From a virus: DNA of 64,000 nucleotides. Positions 1 to 9,500 of this stretch are shown one piece after another. The notes beneath the pieces are model-generated. The model made no database searches and had not been told where the DNA came from. It saw nothing but the letters and a program-made list of their open reading frames with translations. Both the position numbers and the translations under genes were made by a program. Location: the IMG/VR virus record IMGVR_UViG_3300033047_000016. The stretch is one strand, 5' to 3'. Every line of letters starts with the position of its first letter. Position 1 is the stretch's first letter.

Positions 1-2
1 GT

Positions 3-1151
3 GCCTATAATATCAGTTGTTGCTTCTCCAGTACGTGACAAACGTACAATGAAATTACCAGCCGCGTCCGCGCCTAATATTTCTTCCACTGTAGCATTTA
101 CCGTTTTCGGACTTTGTCCCCGGTCTTCTGGCGGTGCAGTTATTGCTTGCGTCGCAGGGCGGTCTAATGTTTCTTTTAGGCTTGTACTACTGAACCTGCG
201 TAAGGTGGTTCCACTAATCACTAACAAACTAGAAGATATATTGTCCACACCGACGGCTGAAACTGGCACAGAAGTATCAGCAGATATTTCAGTTATAACA
301 GTTTCGACTATGGTATCTTCTGGGTCAATTAATAGATCAGTAGTCCACACAATTTCAGCCGTTATGTTTGGCAGTCTGTTACCAAAATCTTCCAGCGGAA
401 TATCGTCGAATATGACATAGCAAAATTCTTTATAAGACGGCGTGAACATGTAATCAGGAGGTGTCCCGCCAATGGTCTCAGCATCCGTCTTGAGTGTCGT
501 AAGGTGGGCCGCGTATATTGCCGAGCGCGGATCGGCGCTGGCCTGTGTTTCCACAATAAGATCGGCGATAGTTCTGAACGAGGATTGTGGCCCCGTACCT
601 TCGTTAACGTCTGGAAGACCGGCTAAACGCCGATTAATGGAGTCTTCCATTATGGAGTCAACACGTTGTGATGGGCCACCAGTCTTGAATCTGAAGTTAT
701 ATTTGTCGTTCTGTATATCGCCAGCCCCGGTAGCATCATATATGATTTTACCATCCGCCCACATTCGTAATAGACTTTGTGCTGGGGCGCGCCCAAACAC
801 TACAGAGAAAGACGCTGAGTAGGAATAGGTCGTGGACGTGCCGCCGCCGCCGCCACCTTTACCTCCACCAGTTTCCGTCACTGTCTTCGTCTCTTTAAGT
901 CCCCCAGCCCAAAACACGTTACCAGCCGAGCGGGTTACCCCGTAGTGGTGTGGTATTGACTTACCAAGATTGGACGCCGTAATATCGGTGTCACCAATCT
1001 TTGGGCCTTCTTGACTCGGACCATCAGGCGCGAAAATGAATCCGCCAATAGCGGAACCAATAGCGAACCCAACTGACGGTCCTACTCCGATGTACGTACC
1101 AATAACGGCACCGACTACACCTAAAGCTATCCGTCCAACGCTACTAGACAT
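3..1151 (-). CDS. GTA-like tail tip / host-specificity protein, N-terminal part (runs off the window start)
   Basis: Not in ORF track. Manual translation from ATG at 1151: MSSSVGRIALGVVGAVIG...GPKIGDTDITASNLGKSIPHHYGVTRSAGNVFWAGG...YSYSASFSVVFG...RMWADGKIIYD, typical of GTA/phage tail-tip proteins. Follows NlpC/P60. Confidence 0.85.
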   Translation of the reverse strand, partial: MSSSVGRIALGVVGAVIGTYIGVGPSVGFAIGSAIGGFIFAPDGPSQEGPKIGDTDITASNLGKSIPHHYGVTRSAGNVFWAGGLKETKTVTETGGGKGGGGGGTSTTYSYSASFSVVFGRAPAQSLLRMWADGKIIYDATGAGDIQNDKYNFRFKTGGPSQRVDSIMEDSINRRLAGLPDVNEGTGPQSSFRTIADLIVETQASADPRSAIYAAHLTTLKTDAETIGGTPPDYMFTPSYKEFCYVIFDDIPLEDFGNRLPNITAEIVWTTDLLIDPEDTIVETVITEISADTSVPVSAVGVDNISSSLLVISGTTLRRFSSTSLKETLDRPATQAITAPPEDRGQSPKTVNATVEEILGADAAGNFIVRLSRTGEATTDIIG

Positions 1152-1575
1152 AAGCTACTCCCATGAATAGGCGGATACTTACCAACCTACTGCGCAATGA
1201 TAATGAAGATTCATCGTAGTCTTGTTCATGCACACGCCGTTTAGGATATGCTTCGGCGTGGATTACTGTGACACGTCCTTCAGAATCTACAGCAAAAATA
1301 CCTGTATGGCAAGGCATGATGGTGTCATTAAATATTCCTATAGAACCATGTATTGGGTTATTTGTTGGCAGGGAGAACTTCTTTATATGCCTGACAAAGT
1401 GTGCACCCGGTTCCCGCCTGTATCCGCTAATATCTTCTCCGGGCAGATCAAAATGTTTGGCTGTCTTGTATAGAAGTCCAACACAGTCGATTCCAGCGGA
1501 CGTGCGACCTTGATGAGTCCACCGCGTACCTATCCACGATCTTGCATAGGAAACTATTTCATCAGGCTTAATCAT
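1144..1575 (-). CDS. NlpC/P60 tail peptidase
   Basis: ARSWIGTRWTHQGR..GIDCVGL...HTGI...IHA motifs. ATG at 1575 overlaps the upstream TAA. Confidence 0.9.
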   Translation of the reverse strand: MIKPDEIVSYARSWIGTRWTHQGRTSAGIDCVGLLYKTAKHFDLPGEDISGYRREPGAHFVRHIKKFSLPTNNPIHGSIGIFNDTIMPCHTGIFAVDSEGRVTVIHAEAYPKRRVHEQDYDESSLSLRSRLVSIRLFMGVAYV

Positions 1576-3161
1576 TATCTTGCATCCGGGGAGCGGTACA
1601 GTTCGTCTTGTCCGGGGATATCCGGCGTACCAAAGAAATTTGTCATATTGCCAAAAATAGCGGCACAACTTATCCTAGTCTTATCGCATCCGGGGTACAT
1701 TGTAAAGTAGTCACCGGATTTTATATTTGCTGGCATGGATAAAAACAATTCTATTTCGTTGGTTGCTGCATCCCAACTTTTGACTTCCATAGCAGCCCCG
1801 GCGTTGGCCCCTGTTTCGAATATAACTGCCCCGCCATTGAACCACGCATCCACGGCGCGGACGTCAGAAACTTCACAAATAAATGTTCTGGCATTTGTTG
1901 CTGATAATACTCTGCCACCGCGAAGCCACGCGTTAGTTGCAACCCACGTAGTTGTTCCGTCCACACCGGCGGCTCCATTATATGACGCAGAGTTTGCGTC
2001 CGTATCCGTCGTGCCTGCTACTGTGCATGTATAATACACATCGTCCGCCGTATAGCTTAAGACGGTAGAGTCTTCAGCCGCATTGATTATAAATCCGGTT
2101 AGATTATCCAAGCGTGCATTGGCATTGGTGGGAGAATCCAGCACGACATTGAAATCGAGTCTTATGTAACGTGTGTTGGCTGGTATGCTTAGGTCAACTA
2201 TCTCTACCTCGATCCACGTTGTTCCTACGTCTGTCAGTGGTGTAGCCTGCCCCGGAGTCACTACCCCGTCGGCGTCGATGAACTGGACATCTAGTTGTCC
2301 TCTGTCAGCATTGTCCCGCCGCCATCCGCGTACTGTTAGATAGCACGTTCCAGCGTCAATCGCGGTCAATGGTACCCCCGCCGTGGTTTCTATATCTATA
2401 TCCTGAGTCAGCGTCCCATCCCCCGGACCGCCTCTGACAGAGTACGTTCCAGAATATACACTACCCGTATTCGGGGCAAAATCTTCGCCCAGACGATTCA
2501 ACCAGTATACTGAAGAATTAAAATGACCAAGTGATCCTGAAATTTCAAAGTCTGGGTCACCGATATTGAGGTTGTAATATTTACCCAACTTATGGGTGCT
2601 GTTTCCAGCGCGGACAATATCCCCGACTACATACGCGGTATTCCTTAAGACATCAGCAGGCTTTATTACGATTCCACATGCAGTCTCACCCAAGTTGTAC
2701 AAACATGTGGCAGAAAAAATGTTAGTATATACGTGTGAAAGTCGCTGCATAATACCACGTAATTCTACCTTGTAGGTATTATTTGGTAGGGTCTGAACCT
2801 CCCCAAAAAAGCCTCTGCGCATTTTCAGGCGGCCACGCGCGGAGTCTATCCAAGGGGTCATAAATACAGTTATTTCAGCGTTATCGAACAGTCCGGCTCT
2901 TAAGTCTTCTTCTGGTAGCGCCAAATCTGATGCAGTCCCAACTATATCCAAATTATCCACTGACAACGAAGAGGTAGTTTCAATCGCTGTACGCTTATAT
3001 GCACCGATTGATGCGTACGTTTTTCCGCCTTGTTGAACGTCAACATCAGCGTCTGTAAAGCGCAATACCTGCCCATCAACACGTGTAATTGTCCAACACG
3101 TGCATAGCGCCGTTACGTCTTTATCTAGGTGCTCCCGGAGGGCTGCTGTTATCGTCTTCAT
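1575..3161 (-). CDS. DUF2163 GTA-like tail hub protein with an inserted beta-rich domain
   Basis: N-terminal TALCTCWTITRVDG..RFTD, C-terminal PGCDKT..SC..IFGN..NFFG.PDIPG; internal insertion of roughly 230 aa. Confidence 0.9.
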   Translation of the reverse strand: MKTITAALREHLDKDVTALCTCWTITRVDGQVLRFTDADVDVQQGGKTYASIGAYKRTAIETTSSLSVDNLDIVGTASDLALPEEDLRAGLFDNAEITVFMTPWIDSARGRLKMRRGFFGEVQTLPNNTYKVELRGIMQRLSHVYTNIFSATCLYNLGETACGIVIKPADVLRNTAYVVGDIVRAGNSTHKLGKYYNLNIGDPDFEISGSLGHFNSSVYWLNRLGEDFAPNTGSVYSGTYSVRGGPGDGTLTQDIDIETTAGVPLTAIDAGTCYLTVRGWRRDNADRGQLDVQFIDADGVVTPGQATPLTDVGTTWIEVEIVDLSIPANTRYIRLDFNVVLDSPTNANARLDNLTGFIINAAEDSTVLSYTADDVYYTCTVAGTTDTDANSASYNGAAGVDGTTTWVATNAWLRGGRVLSATNARTFICEVSDVRAVDAWFNGGAVIFETGANAGAAMEVKSWDAATNEIELFLSMPANIKSGDYFTMYPGCDKTRISCAAIFGNMTNFFGTPDIPGQDELYRSPDAR

Positions 3162-4072
3162 ACTAAAATCTCAATCAATTCTACGTCCAAGTTCAACTGG
3201 TGGAAGTCGTCGTATGCCACTTCAAGGCGATCAGTGTCGAAACGTACTGGAACATCGTATTCAATATAGTTCACCACGACGACACTACCGTTTGCAGGTG
3301 GGTTTGAAAATACTATTTGTCCGCGTGTGTGTAGGATATCGTAATCGCTTCCCTCAAGAAGCTGTGATCCGTCCATGGAAATGTTTGCCGTGAAGAATAC
3401 CGTCTTCTTTATGGTGCGGTCGAACACATGTCCCCCAGATTCATACCTTTTGAATATCTGGAATGTGGTGGTGATCCCGTCTCCGACACCCATGTTCTGA
3501 TTTGTAATCTGGTAATCTGACCAATCCTTGTAGCGGAAGCCTAATGCCCTGCCGCGCATGCCATAGAAGAATACCTCTATTTCGGTAATATCCTCTGGTG
3601 TTGCATTTTCAAATGTGGCGGTGTATCGTGCTCGTATGCGGTCCCACTGGACCTCCAAAGCTGTGAAGCCAGAATCAAATGTGAATACGCTGGTCTTGAA
3701 ACCCGGACCACCCTGTGATCCAAAAGACACACATTCTGGAAATCTTTGCTCGACGAAACTATGTTCCAATCTAAGGTCTTCGAATGGCGGGTAGATCGTC
3801 TGAAGGACAGCGTATCCGGTGGCGCGCGTAATATTGGCTGGGCTGTTACCGAACACGGAATATACCGCGTTGGCGATTATCGCTGCCGGGTTTGCAATGA
3901 CAGTATAGCCCTTAGAATCTACACTAGCGCCTCCTTCGAACGCGGCGTACCCAGCGCCCGTACTGATGTGCGCGAACCCGCTAGATGCAACAGCATACCC
4001 ACGAGAGTCTACACTTGCTCCGCCTTCGAACGCTGCGTACCCAATATGCTTTATGACATCATTAGTTGCCAT
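3158..4072 (-). CDS. DUF2460 distal-tail-like protein with N-terminal repeats
   Basis: FPECVSFGSQGGPGFKT...GRALGFRYKDWSD...YDVPVRFDTD; two GYAAFEGGASVDS copies at the N-terminus. Confidence 0.85.
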   Translation of the reverse strand: MATNDVIKHIGYAAFEGGASVDSRGYAVASSGFAHISTGAGYAAFEGGASVDSKGYTVIANPAAIIANAVYSVFGNSPANITRATGYAVLQTIYPPFEDLRLEHSFVEQRFPECVSFGSQGGPGFKTSVFTFDSGFTALEVQWDRIRARYTATFENATPEDITEIEVFFYGMRGRALGFRYKDWSDYQITNQNMGVGDGITTTFQIFKRYESGGHVFDRTIKKTVFFTANISMDGSQLLEGSDYDILHTRGQIVFSNPPANGSVVVVNYIEYDVPVRFDTDRLEVAYDDFHQLNLDVELIEILV

Positions 4073-4075
4073 GTG

Positions 4076-5080
4076 TTATTGCGCCAACACACCAGCTTCT
4101 AAGCCAATCAAATCTGCCTCAGTCCATGGGGCCGTGGTAGCAGGGTTGTCGGTCCAGATTGTAAGATAGCTGTCCGGCGTGATTGCATTGGCACTCAAGC
4201 TTGCCCCAGCATAGTCCGTCGAAGCAATGCGCACGAATGGTTGGAAGTCTGTAATCGTCGCACCTACGTCCAACTGGGCCACTGTATCCAGTACCAACGC
4301 ATAGATTACCTTGTCCCCCAAGTCAAATGTTGGGGTAGAGAATACCCAACTTTCTCGATCTGTTGGCGTGGTGGTAGATATAACATCAGAAGCATTATAA
4401 CCGATATCATCAATATTCGTGTAGTCGTTTGTGAACGCGCTGTAGTTACCTACGGCAGACGGGACGAGAATTGCCAACTCCATGCCGACTGTTGGTACCG
4501 CGTCAGAGACAATAATGTCTTGAACATATACGTCTTCCTCTGCTATGGTACGTCTAGGTGCAATGAGAATCTGGGCAGCTTGATTATATCCACCCGCGTC
4601 CGTTAAGGTTGTAGTGAAGCGAAGCTGCTGATTGAAATAGAACGACAACTTCTTGGTGTCGTCCGGGTTGCTAACAGTGGATATTTCTATCCGAATGTCC
4701 CAAACATTGAAATCATTTTCCGCTGCTGGAAATACTTCACCCACAGTAATGGTTCCACCATCATCGTAGGTTATTTGTGTTTCTAGGCCGACGCCTGCCA
4801 CATTATTAGTCACATATTTAAGAGAGCATATTACAGCACCTGTGCTGTCTCTCACTTGTAGATATTCCTGTGGTGCAGGAGACCCAATAGTAGTCGGCGC
4901 AGAGGCTGATGCCATCCTGCAATGCACCCAAATGTCGTCAGAGCCTGTGAAGGCTTTGAACATCTGATTACCTACTGGAACTAGGACTGACCCGCGCCGT
5001 TTATCATCCAGACCTAACACATCCAGAGTATTTTCAAAAATCGCCCACTCGCCCTCTGCGCCGCAAACCAAAAGTGCCAT
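4076..5080 (-). CDS. tail-associated structural protein
   Basis: Beta-rich ORF inside the tail operon; C-terminal NPATTAPWT.ADL motif. Confidence 0.65.
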   Translation of the reverse strand: MALLVCGAEGEWAIFENTLDVLGLDDKRRGSVLVPVGNQMFKAFTGSDDIWVHCRMASASAPTTIGSPAPQEYLQVRDSTGAVICSLKYVTNNVAGVGLETQITYDDGGTITVGEVFPAAENDFNVWDIRIEISTVSNPDDTKKLSFYFNQQLRFTTTLTDAGGYNQAAQILIAPRRTIAEEDVYVQDIIVSDAVPTVGMELAILVPSAVGNYSAFTNDYTNIDDIGYNASDVISTTTPTDRESWVFSTPTFDLGDKVIYALVLDTVAQLDVGATITDFQPFVRIASTDYAGASLSANAITPDSYLTIWTDNPATTAPWTEADLIGLEAGVLAQ

Positions 5081-5136
5081 GTCGTAACCTCATATAAGTT
5101 GCGCTAAATTAACATCATGCGCGTATCTGTGTCAAG

Positions 5137-6483
5137 TTATACCGGGTAAGGAGCCGGTATTTCTATAGTTTCAAAGTCTTTGTGCCTGTTTCGCCCGATG
5201 GTGACCCGTACAGAGTCTATAGCTCCGGCAAATGGCCCCTGCCCACCCGCTGGGGAAGCTAGGCGACCCACTACTAGCGGGGTTACCGCATCATGCACCA
5301 AGTCGCTTGTGCGCCCTGATTGTTGTACAATACCATTAATGCGCAAAACATACCAGCCCGCAGGGGTTCGGTCTATTGTGATGTAATCGAACACGTCAGA
5401 TTGTGCCCCGGTCCATGGATAGTTGATTAAAACATTTTCGGTTAAGCCATCATCCGTTATCACAAATTGCAATTGCTTGTTGGCTAGAGAATAGCGTAAA
5501 GTCCAGCACCTAGTTGCGCCCGATTCGTCCCACTTTCCTATCAAGGTTTGCTGGGCGTCACCACCTGTAGGTCGCTGCGCAAATAACTCAATCGTAAATG
5601 GGACCCCCTGTAATGAGTAATCAGACCCAGCTAAGCTGACATACCCTGTTGTGTTGGTTTTATATGAACCTGACCCATGTACAAATTTAGATGTATCAAT
5701 GACCCCGTCACCATTTAACGTCACAGTGTTTCCTAGCGGGGATTGGTCTATTGTCGTGGTCAAGTTAGCTATATCGTCGAAGTTCAGTATTGCCCGCACA
5801 CTTTCAAAATACGGGTCGCTACCCCCTGCCACATCGTTGGGAGAAAATATTGAGCTATCAGAGAAGCCTGATTTAACCCCAATGAGAGGTAGAGACGTCA
5901 GCGACTGGCTGTTGAACTCGTCGATCACTGCTTGGATAGAATCTATATCAAAACGCACCGGTTCATCGAATTCCATGTTGGAACAATAGATTGGAGTCCC
6001 GTATCCCGGAGCGGCGTTTAACGCTATCTCGGCTGTATCATAGTCTATACTGTAATCAGTGCCTTCGATCATAGAGCCTACCGCCCCTACACCGATGCCT
6101 GTGACTGAGCCTTGAACGATCTTTCGCAAACGCTTATAGTGCCTAGACCCTTGAAATCCGTAGAACTTCCACATAGGAAGAATAGTACTTATACCGTCTC
6201 CCGTGGCTATTGGGGCGTTCACCGTGCGGTAATTGCCCCAATTTTTATAGCGAAAGCCATGTGCTTGCCCCTGTCTCGCGTTGAAGAATTCTAATACCGC
6301 CAACATCTGCACATCTGTCTTGATGCCGTATGCGACGTTGAAGTGCATTTGAGGCTGGCACCAATCTATATTGCGCTTCTCATATCCACGAAATGATTCG
6401 AATACCTGAGTCTTAAACTCAGGACCTCCGCTGGAACCCCAGCTTACATTTTCAGGAAAGCATACATTGTGAAAACCAAGCAT
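5137..6483 (-). CDS. DUF2460 distal-tail protein fused to a LamG/concanavalin-A-like domain
   Basis: FPENVSWGSSGGPEFKT..ARQGQAHGFRYKNW..FDEPVRFD, then DPYFESVRAILNFD...FTIE...GAIDSVRVTIG. Confidence 0.85.
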   Translation of the reverse strand: MLGFHNVCFPENVSWGSSGGPEFKTQVFESFRGYEKRNIDWCQPQMHFNVAYGIKTDVQMLAVLEFFNARQGQAHGFRYKNWGNYRTVNAPIATGDGISTILPMWKFYGFQGSRHYKRLRKIVQGSVTGIGVGAVGSMIEGTDYSIDYDTAEIALNAAPGYGTPIYCSNMEFDEPVRFDIDSIQAVIDEFNSQSLTSLPLIGVKSGFSDSSIFSPNDVAGGSDPYFESVRAILNFDDIANLTTTIDQSPLGNTVTLNGDGVIDTSKFVHGSGSYKTNTTGYVSLAGSDYSLQGVPFTIELFAQRPTGGDAQQTLIGKWDESGATRCWTLRYSLANKQLQFVITDDGLTENVLINYPWTGAQSDVFDYITIDRTPAGWYVLRINGIVQQSGRTSDLVHDAVTPLVVGRLASPAGGQGPFAGAIDSVRVTIGRNRHKDFETIEIPAPYPV

Positions 6484-6514
6484 ATCTGTTGCGTACCATC
6501 TTTTCTTCTGCCCG

Positions 6515-9500
6515 TCAACCGTTATCGGTTAGGGCGCGTTGTCCTGTAGTTGCGGCTTCCGACGCGAGTTGCTTTTGAGACCTACGGAAACTATCAGCAT
6601 CTGGTGTACTTATGTTGAAGTTTTGTACCAATGTCTTGCTACTACCTCTACCACCATTTTCGCCCATGTCAACAGGAATTCGACGTCCTCCGGTCAGTGG
6701 TACAACTGCTTCGTTGTTGTGTAGGATGGCAGGGATGCCCCCTGATGTGTTTCCGGTGCCTGCGGCGAAGCTTGGGGCCTGACGGAATCTAGCCGCCGGA
6801 GCCATTACACTCGGGATAGATGGCCCTCCACCGCCTGTGACACCACCACCAGAACCAAACAAAGCACCAATAACAGAAACAACGATGCCAGCAATACCAC
6901 CACCACCACCACCACCACCTCCTCCTCCTCCTCCTCCTCCTCCAAGAATTGCTGCCCCAGTAGCTGCCCCAGCAACCACACCACCGCCAAGAATAGGTGC
7001 ACTTGTAGCCGCCGCAGTAGTCATTGCCGCTGTTGTTGTAACCCCGTTTACTGTGCCTCCGGTAATTACAGACGTCTGCATAGTCGCACCGGCAACCGTT
7101 CCGCCTGTGGCTACAGACGTTTGCATAGCCGTACCAGCTTGTGCTCCACCTTGGGTAACGGACGTCCGCAATTGTTGTCCGGCTTGGATGATAGCGGCGC
7201 GCATAGATTCCGCCGCCTGTGTTCCGCCAGTGGCAATTGCTTGCTGCATTTGCAACCCGTCTGGACCGGCGAATGGGTCTGCCACATCCCCCGGTGACTC
7301 CCCACCGCCAACAAGATCAGATAGTAACCCACCGAGGCCAAATCCACCTTCACCACTTCCACTTGTATTTCCACCAAGTAAAGTTGCGAGTTCTTTTACG
7401 GCCTTATCAGCGATAATGTCTGCGACAATGCCTAGAATGGATTCTCCCAAAGCTTCGAAACTGAACTCGCCAGTCTTAATGAAATTTGAAATGGTGTCAC
7501 TAAGGCTTTCGAATACACCGACTTCGATCTGCTGACCAGCTTCGCGCCAAGACGGTACACTGTTCATGAAGTCATTAACCGGGTCATTGGCCAATTCTTT
7601 TAGTTTCTTGTTAAGGAGTTCTGCCGCTTCTATTTGCTGGATGAACGCCATAGTTTGTTCGTCTGTTAGGTTGGCCCCATTCATTTGGGCTTCAGCAAGT
7701 AGCCCAGCCGCAGTAGCTGACGAAGTCATGCCTGAAGACAGCATTGCCAATGCTGCATTTTCAGTGTCCAAGGCTGTAATACTTTCTCCGAGTGCCTCCG
7801 TTAGCTTCTTTATGGCGTCAACGTTTTGCTTACCGCCACCACCGCCGCCGCCTTTATTACTCTCTTTAAGCTTATCTCTTGCTGCAATAAGCGCCGCTTG
7901 CTCAGTTTGAAATGATCCAAGCTTGCCTTTCAGAGCGTCTAACTGTGAGTTCAACTCTACTCTACCGGGTCCAGTTGTGGTAGACAGTTTAGATTCCAGA
8001 TCAGTTATCTGCGCATTAGTTTTAGCAACAAGCTTTCCGCCCTCACCATAGGTTGCAAAATACTCGGCGACGGCCCGTGTTGATCCCGACAGTCCCTCAA
8101 TACGCAAACGTTCTTTGGATTCGGCTATTGCACTCCCGAGTGTTGCACTAATACTAAACGAGGTACTTGCCAGTGTGGCAAACGCTTGGGCCATGGTGAG
8201 GACACCGTTGGCTCCCTGTGCCGCCGCATTCCCCGCATTAATAGCACTAGCCGCGAATGCTGCTTGGGCCGCTGCTGCTGCCCGTGCCGCCGTCTCATCA
8301 TTTTCAAATTCTCTTGCGGCATCAATCAGATTTTGGATCAATTCTTCGGCAACCGCATTCTTAGAAGCGTCACGCATTTTTTCCAGAGTGTTAATGTAGT
8401 CAGCCGCAGATAAGCTTGCGACCTGCCCTGTACGAATCGCTGCTCGCAACTCTGAATCGAATTGTGTTATTTCAGATGTGGGAAACTCCGTTCCAAGCTC
8501 TCCAAGGATGGCGCTTAGATTTGAATACGACTGTTGCCCTTCAGGCAAAGCCTCAAACTGTTCAATCATTGCCGCAGCAAATTCCTGTGCTTCCTCGCTT
8601 GGGAAGTCCAGACTTTTTATTGCCGATTTAAGGCGATCCACGCCTACACCAAAATCTTCAAATTTAGAGAATTCGGCATTAAGAACTTTTAGTGAAGGTA
8701 CTAGAGAATCTGAAATACTGGTGCCACTTATAGCAGACACTATGCCATTTATATCACCCAACCCACTTAACGTTTCTTTCACTTGCGTGGCAAATCCAAC
8801 CCCGGATTGTCCGGCAGCTTCGTCTGCGGCAATCGTAGCGGCTCTGAGTTCTTCCAACTTGACAATTGAATCATCAAATATATCCAGAACTCTTGCTCTG
8901 AAAGATGCAGTGCTGGTACCTGAATCGAATGCTGCTTGGACTTCTTCGAACACTTTTCTAAGCGCCGGAGCAGCGGACTCCGACTCTCTAGTCAGTCTCC
9001 CCAATTCTTTCTCTAGGTCTTCTAAACCTCTGCCGCTGCTAACCACGCCTCTAGCCATATCAGCAAAAGTTTTAACCAGACGATCATCGGAAGTACCGTA
9101 AAGTTCTACCAACTTTTCTCTGGTGGCGACAGTGGCCAGTTCTGCAAGAGCCAGTTCTTCAGTCAACCCGGCTAGATTTGCCAGAGCGCCAGCAGCCGTT
9201 GGATTAGTAGTCATGGCCTTACTGATATCATCGCGCAGTTTCAAGAATCCTCCCCCAGTCTTCAGGGCTTCTTGAGACATTTCCACCATGCGTATAATGA
9301 CAGAACGCGTATTGTTACTAAACTGGTCCATCGTAATGGTGGCGTCACCAAATACCGCTTTAAGGCCAGCAATTCTGCTCATAGCAGTCTTCATTGTTGT
9401 CCCAGAGATAACTTCAACAGCAGATTTACCACTTAGAATGGTCAACGCATCCCCAAGTGCTGCAATTTCAGTGGAACTGTCTCTGGTAAAAGTCTCTAAC

